The notes under the pieces were generated by a model. It searched no databases, had not been told where the DNA came from, and worked only from the letters and a program-made list of their open reading frames with translations. 32,000 nt of DNA, from assembly GCF_014280195.1 (NCBI RefSeq), contig NZ_CP047960.1, forward strand, positions 1 through 32,000, read 5' to 3'. This stretch comes from Synechococcus sp. A15-24. Its GTDB lineage: Bacteria > Cyanobacteriota > Cyanobacteriia > PCC-6307 > Cyanobiaceae. Below, piece after piece: positions 28,208-32,000 of the stretch (its first letter is position 1; the number at the start of each line of letters is the position of its first letter). The position numbers and the translations under genes are program-made.

Positions 28208-29313
28208 GCGTGGCTCAACAGCCGGTCGGCGCCGTCGGTCACCGTGATCGAAACGATGGAGTCATCCACCCCAAGCTCCTCGAGCACGTCAAAACCGTCC
28301 ACCACATAGCCGAAGGCAGCGTTGCGGCCGTCCACCAGGTTCAGACCTGCTGGCGTCAGTTCAGCCTCGTAGAGAAACATGAAGAACTGGGAGGAGCCAT
28401 CATCCAGGGCCTGATCCGAATGGGCCCATCCCAGGGTTCCAAGGGTGGCGAAAGGAAGGGTTGGGGTGGCCTTGAACAGGCCGACATCCTCAAAGGTATC
28501 GTTGTATATGGTGTCCTCCTGTTCCGGGACGCGGATCTCAAGCGGCACGTGCCGCTCCTGTCTGGTTTTTGGGTCGATGTAACCGAGCTCCGGACCCTCC
28601 GGATCTCCGCTCTGCAGCACGTAGAAATCTTCAGCCCGGACGAAGGGAAGTCCGTCGTAAAACCCTTTCTGAGCTAAATCGACAAAGGCACCGGCGGTGA
28701 GTGGGGCGTTGTAGCCATCCACCACGGTGGTCAGATCCCCCTGGCTGGTGCTGATGGTGAGGGTGGCGCGGCCCTGCAGCCGCGGCAGCGCATCGAATTC
28801 AGAGGGGATCTCCCGCTGGAATCCATCCTCCACCAGCAGAGCTTCCACATCACCGATGCGGCTGAGGGTCTGGCGACGATCGCGGATGAAGCCAGGCTTG
28901 TCGACCTCGTTGATCCGTTCCTGCATGGCTTGCAGACCCTGATCCACCTGTTTCAGAAAGGCCTCAGCACGATCACGCCTTGAAGCGGGGACGGCTTCCA
29001 GGATGGAATTGCGGCGGGTGCTGAGCAGCGCTTCGCTGCGGGACACCGTCTTGGCAAGGGCACCCCAGCGTTTCGCACGCAGATCGTCGCTGGTGAGCTC
29101 CAGCCGATGTTGCAGTTCGCGAATGTCGTCCTGTTGGAAGGGCAGGGAATCCCGCAGGATCGCCGCCGGATCCTTCACAGCATTGCCCTGGGGCAGAGCA
29201 GCCCAGGCTGGGGCTGCCAGGTTGATCAGGGCGAAGCCGAGCAAGGCGATCAGAGCGGCCTTGAAACGCGGATGGGCCAAGGGGGAACCCCAGTGCTGAC
29301 GGGACTTTGGCAC
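28204..29313 (-). CDS. Exported cyclophilin-type peptidyl-prolyl isomerase (TLP40/CYP38-like architecture)
   Basis: 369-aa ORF with a GTG start. A signal or anchor segment ([22 protein letters not shown]) is followed by a helical N-domain. The C-terminal cyclophilin domain has [22 protein letters not shown] and SGDPEGP. Confidence 0.9.
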   Translation of the reverse strand: MPKSRQHWGSPLAHPRFKAALIALLGFALINLAAPAWAALPQGNAVKDPAAILRDSLPFQQDDIRELQHRLELTSDDLRAKRWGALAKTVSRSEALLSTRRNSILEAVPASRRDRAEAFLKQVDQGLQAMQERINEVDKPGFIRDRRQTLSRIGDVEALLVEDGFQREIPSEFDALPRLQGRATLTISTSQGDLTTVVDGYNAPLTAGAFVDLAQKGFYDGLPFVRAEDFYVLQSGDPEGPELGYIDPKTRQERHVPLEIRVPEQEDTIYNDTFEDVGLFKATPTLPFATLGTLGWAHSDQALDDGSSQFFMFLYEAELTPAGLNLVDGRNAAFGYVVDGFDVLEELGVDDSIVSITVTDGADRLLSHA

Positions 29314-29324
29314 AGCCGTATAGT
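29296..29324 (+). promoter_or_regulatory. Candidate sigma70-type promoter for efp-accB
   Basis: CTGACG (29296-29301), a 17-nt spacer, then TATAGT (29319-29324), ending 21 nt before the efp ATG. This is a sequence match only, and it overlaps the first codons of the divergent PPIase gene. Confidence 0.25.
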
Positions 29325-29345
29325 CCGTTGAACCGTTCGGCCGGA

Positions 29346-29909
29346 ATGATCTCCAGCAACGACTTCCGAACCGGCACCACGATTGAGATCGATGGTGCCG
29401 TCTGGCGTGTGGTGGAGTTCCTTCACGTCAAGCCTGGCAAGGGATCTGCCTTTGTGCGCTCCAAGCTCAAGGCGGTGAAGACCGGCAACGTGGTGGAAAA
29501 GACCTTCCGTGCGGGGGAGATGTTGCCCCAGGCCTTGTTGGAAAAGGCTTCTCTGCAGCACACCTACATGGAAGGTGAGGACTACGTCTTCATGGACATG
29601 TCCACTTATGAGGAGACGCGTCTCAGTGCCGATCAGATCGGGGAAAGCCGCAAATACCTCAAGGAGGGAATGGAGGTGAATGTGGTGTCCTGGAACGGCA
29701 GTCCCCTTGAGGTGGAACTGCCGAATTCCGTGGTGCTGGAGATTACTGAAACCGATCCCGGCGTGAAAGGTGACACCGCCACCGGCGGCACCAAGCCAGC
29801 CATCCTGGAAACCGGTGCTCAGGTGATGGTGCCCCTGTTCCTGTCCGTCGGCGAGAAGATCAAGGTGGACACCCGCAGCGACAGTTATCTGGGTCGCGAG
29901 AACGGATGA
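29346..29909 (+). CDS. efp: Translation elongation factor P
   Basis: The canonical N-terminus [17 protein letters not shown] starts at ATG 29346, and the track's 29307 start adds 13 non-family residues. It also has [14 protein letters not shown] with the conserved modified-Lys loop. Confidence 0.97.
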   Translation: MISSNDFRTGTTIEIDGAVWRVVEFLHVKPGKGSAFVRSKLKAVKTGNVVEKTFRAGEMLPQALLEKASLQHTYMEGEDYVFMDMSTYEETRLSADQIGESRKYLKEGMEVNVVSWNGSPLEVELPNSVVLEITETDPGVKGDTATGGTKPAILETGAQVMVPLFLSVGEKIKVDTRSDSYLGRENG

Positions 29910-30379
29910 CCATGCAGCTTGATCACGAACAACTGCACCGCCTGCTTGAGGTGCTGGGCGAGAGCGACATTCAGGAGTTTCGGCTGGAGGGTGATGACTT
30001 CCGGCTGGAGATCCGTCGCAACCTGCCGGGACAGGCCGTCATGGCCCCGGTGATGTCGGCCCCTGTGACCGCCGCCACAGCACCAGTCGCGGCTGAGCCT
30101 TCGTCGCCACCTCCTGCAGCCACAGCCACCCGCAGTGACCTGCTGGAGATCACGGCTCCGATGGTGGGCACGTTTTACCGCGCACCGGCACCGGGAGAGG
30201 CACCGTTCATTGAAGTCGGCAATCGCATTGATGTCGGCCAGACGGTGTGCATCCTGGAGGCGATGAAACTGATGAACGAGCTCGAAGCCGAAGTCAGTGG
30301 AGAGGTGGTGGAGATCCTGGTGGACAACGGCACACCAGTGGAATTCGGTCAGGTGCTGATGCGCGTGCGGCCGGCCTAG
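29906..30379 (+). CDS. accB: Acetyl-CoA carboxylase biotin carboxyl carrier protein
   Basis: 157-aa ORF whose ATG overlaps the efp stop (ATGA). A Pro/Ala-rich linker is followed by a biotinyl domain with EAMKLMNE. Confidence 0.95.
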   Translation: MTMQLDHEQLHRLLEVLGESDIQEFRLEGDDFRLEIRRNLPGQAVMAPVMSAPVTAATAPVAAEPSSPPPAATATRSDLLEITAPMVGTFYRAPAPGEAPFIEVGNRIDVGQTVCILEAMKLMNELEAEVSGEVVEILVDNGTPVEFGQVLMRVRPA

Positions 30380-31398
30380 GCCGCTGTGAGATCCCAAGCC
30401 GCCTGCAGGGCCGCGATCATGCTGTCCGGTCGGGCCAAACCCTGACCAGCGATATCGAATCCTGTGCCGTGATCGGGTGATGTGCGGAGGAAGGGCAGTT
30501 CCAGGGTGGTGTTGACGGCGGCGTCAAACGCCATCAGCTTCACTGGAATCAGGCCCTGATCGTGGTACAGCGCGAGATATCCATCCGGGCCTGAGCAGTC
30601 CGGTTGGTTCCAGGCCTGAGCTGCGCTCAACCAACAGGTATCGGGCGGGACGGGGCCATCCAGCCGCACGGAAGGATGGTTCTGACGCCAGCGCTTCAGC
30701 AGTGGAGTCAGCCAGGTGTCCTCCTCCTGTCCGAGCCGACCCGCTTCACCGGCATGGGGGTTCAGACCTGCCACCACCAGATGAGGGTCGGGCCGGAACC
30801 GCCGGCAGAAGTCCAGCAGCACGTTCAGTTTGTGCTCCACCAGTTCCGGCGTCAGTGCTGCGGCGATCTGGCTGAAGGGAAGGTGCGTGGTGGCCAGCAA
30901 CGTATTGAGTCTCCAGGTCCCATGTGGTGCGATGGCTGTGAACAGCATTGAGGATTGCGCTGAACCGGCGAGTTCAGCCAGCCGTTCCGTCTGCCCGGGA
31001 TAGTGATGGCCTGCGGCATGCCAGAGGTGCTTAGCGATCGGTGCGGTGACCAGGGCCCGACCGTGTCCTTGCTGCACACACGCAACGGCGCGGGTCAGCC
31101 AACGGAAGCCCGCTGCGGCACCGGTTGTTGTCGGTTGTCCGGGTTGAACGGACACCTCCAGGGGTTGGTCGTCAATGATCAGCTGATCGGGATCGGCGAC
31201 AGCTGTGATGCCCTGCTGCAGGAGGCGGGCGTGGGTGGCCATCAGGCTGCGACGGCAGCCGACCAGAACAGGCTGGAGTGACGCAGGAAGCCTGCTGCTC
31301 GCCAGTGCCTTGAGGGTGACCTCCATGCCGATGCCTGCGGGATCGCCAAGGGCGATCAGCAGCTGCTGGCTAGCGTTGGGGTCCAACGGTGATCGCAT
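30376..31398 (-). CDS. pdxA: 4-hydroxythreonine-4-phosphate dehydrogenase
   Basis: Motifs are LIALGDPAGIGMEV, NPHAGE, and SPDHGTGFDIAG. I prefer the ATG at 31398 (MRSPLDPNASQQ...) over the track's extended start at 31449. Confidence 0.92.
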   Translation of the reverse strand: MRSPLDPNASQQLLIALGDPAGIGMEVTLKALASSRLPASLQPVLVGCRRSLMATHARLLQQGITAVADPDQLIIDDQPLEVSVQPGQPTTTGAAAGFRWLTRAVACVQQGHGRALVTAPIAKHLWHAAGHHYPGQTERLAELAGSAQSSMLFTAIAPHGTWRLNTLLATTHLPFSQIAAALTPELVEHKLNVLLDFCRRFRPDPHLVVAGLNPHAGEAGRLGQEEDTWLTPLLKRWRQNHPSVRLDGPVPPDTCWLSAAQAWNQPDCSGPDGYLALYHDQGLIPVKLMAFDAAVNTTLELPFLRTSPDHGTGFDIAGQGLARPDSMIAALQAAWDLTAA

Positions 31399-31403
31399 GG
31401 TCT

Positions 31404-31640
31404 GTGCTGAGACTGTTGCTTCTAGGCCTGATGCTGGTGGGTCTGGCAACAGGACTGCGCCAACAATGGTTGGTGATTGACTGGCTCAAGCTCACAGATG
31501 ACCTCGGCCTTCCGGCACCTGACAACTCAGAGCCCTTTGATTTCAATCGTTTGATCATCGGCGATCAGGAGCGGGACTTAGCCTCCTCTCGCAGGCAATC
31601 CTGCAGGCCGGCTTTGAAATCCGGATGGAGCAGGACATAG
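31404..31640 (+). CDS. Possible small single-pass membrane protein (hypothetical)
   Basis: An ORF of 78 aa from GTG 31404, or 83 aa from GTG 31389. It has one clear TM helix (LRLLLLGLMLVGLATGL) and a coding-like first 55 codons or so. Its last 76 nt overlap the convergent SDR gene, so either the tail or the whole ORF may be spurious. Confidence 0.35.
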   Translation: MLRLLLLGLMLVGLATGLRQQWLVIDWLKLTDDLGLPAPDNSEPFDFNRLIIGDQERDLASSRRQSCRPALKSGWSRT

Positions 31641-32000
31641 CCGAGCTGTTGGCACAGCAGGGTGTTGCGTACCCGGCGGTTCTCACTCCAGAACGACCGT
31701 GCCATGGCAGACATTGAACGGCTCGCTAATTCGAACGGTTCCTCTTTGGGAAGCTCGCAGCTCAGCAGGGCTGCGCCGTATTGCAGGAGCTCCTGAGGCG
31801 CTGCAGGGCAGTTATCGCTGACATTGACGATGGCCGGCCATTGGCCTGATGTGGCCTGATGCATCAGATGCAGGCAGGCGCCGGCGATGTCATCCACATG
31901 GATGCGGCAGAACACCTGATCGGCCTTCAGAATTCGCCGTGACTTTCCGGCCCGAAGACTGTCGAGCACCGAGCGGCCGGGTCCGTAGATGCCGGGAAGT
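31565..32000 (-). CDS. SDR-family NAD(P)-dependent epimerase/oxidoreductase, C-terminal part (gene runs off the window)
   Basis: The reading frame stays open to position 32000 (..LPGIYGPGRSVLDSLRAGK..). GIYGPGR and RIHVDDIA are typical of atypical or extended SDRs. The stop is at 31565. Confidence 0.8.
   Translation of the reverse strand, partial: LPGIYGPGRSVLDSLRAGKSRRILKADQVFCRIHVDDIAGACLHLMHQATSGQWPAIVNVSDNCPAAPQELLQYGAALLSCELPKEEPFELASRSMSAMARSFWSENRRVRNTLLCQQLGYVLLHPDFKAGLQDCLREEAKSRS

Overview
The window looks like the conserved, origin-proximal core of a GC-rich marine picocyanobacterial chromosome, most likely marine Synechococcus. That assignment rests on my recollection of gene order, not on a search. 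The order is dnaN, PRC-barrel protein, purL, purF, then on the minus strand a GyrA/ParC-like topoisomerase subunit, a TPR protein and queG. It continues with a membrane/coiled-coil protein, DUF502, nusB, ftsY, a GAF-PP2C phosphatase, argH, an RRM RNA-binding protein, dusA (minus), msrB, an HI0933-type flavoprotein, grpE, dnaJ, a TusA-like protein and rsgA. The last block is ybaB, murB and murC (all minus), gap2, thiL and a cyclophilin PPIase (minus), efp, accB, pdxA (minus), a possible small membrane ORF, and a truncated SDR/epimerase gene (minus). Coding density is very high, and many neighbouring genes overlap by 1-4 nt at stop/start. I saw no rRNA, tRNA, CRISPR array, transposase, integrase, phage gene or recognisable defence or toxin module. 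Every substantial ORF that I accept has a housekeeping identity or is a conserved-looking hypothetical. I therefore do not see an undescribed multi-gene system here. The findings are modest: an exported-looking MsrB, a GyrA paralogue without a GyrA box, and an unusually long repetitive Gly/Tyr/Arg tail on the RRM protein. There are also a palindrome over the putative gap2 promoter, three convergent gene junctions with no spacer, a truncated dnaN-upstream spacer, and a few uncharacterised small or membrane proteins. Start codons are the least certain part of the annotation, because the ORF track reports the longest ATG/GTG/TTG extension. I moved several starts where family N-termini or neighbouring genes argue for it.
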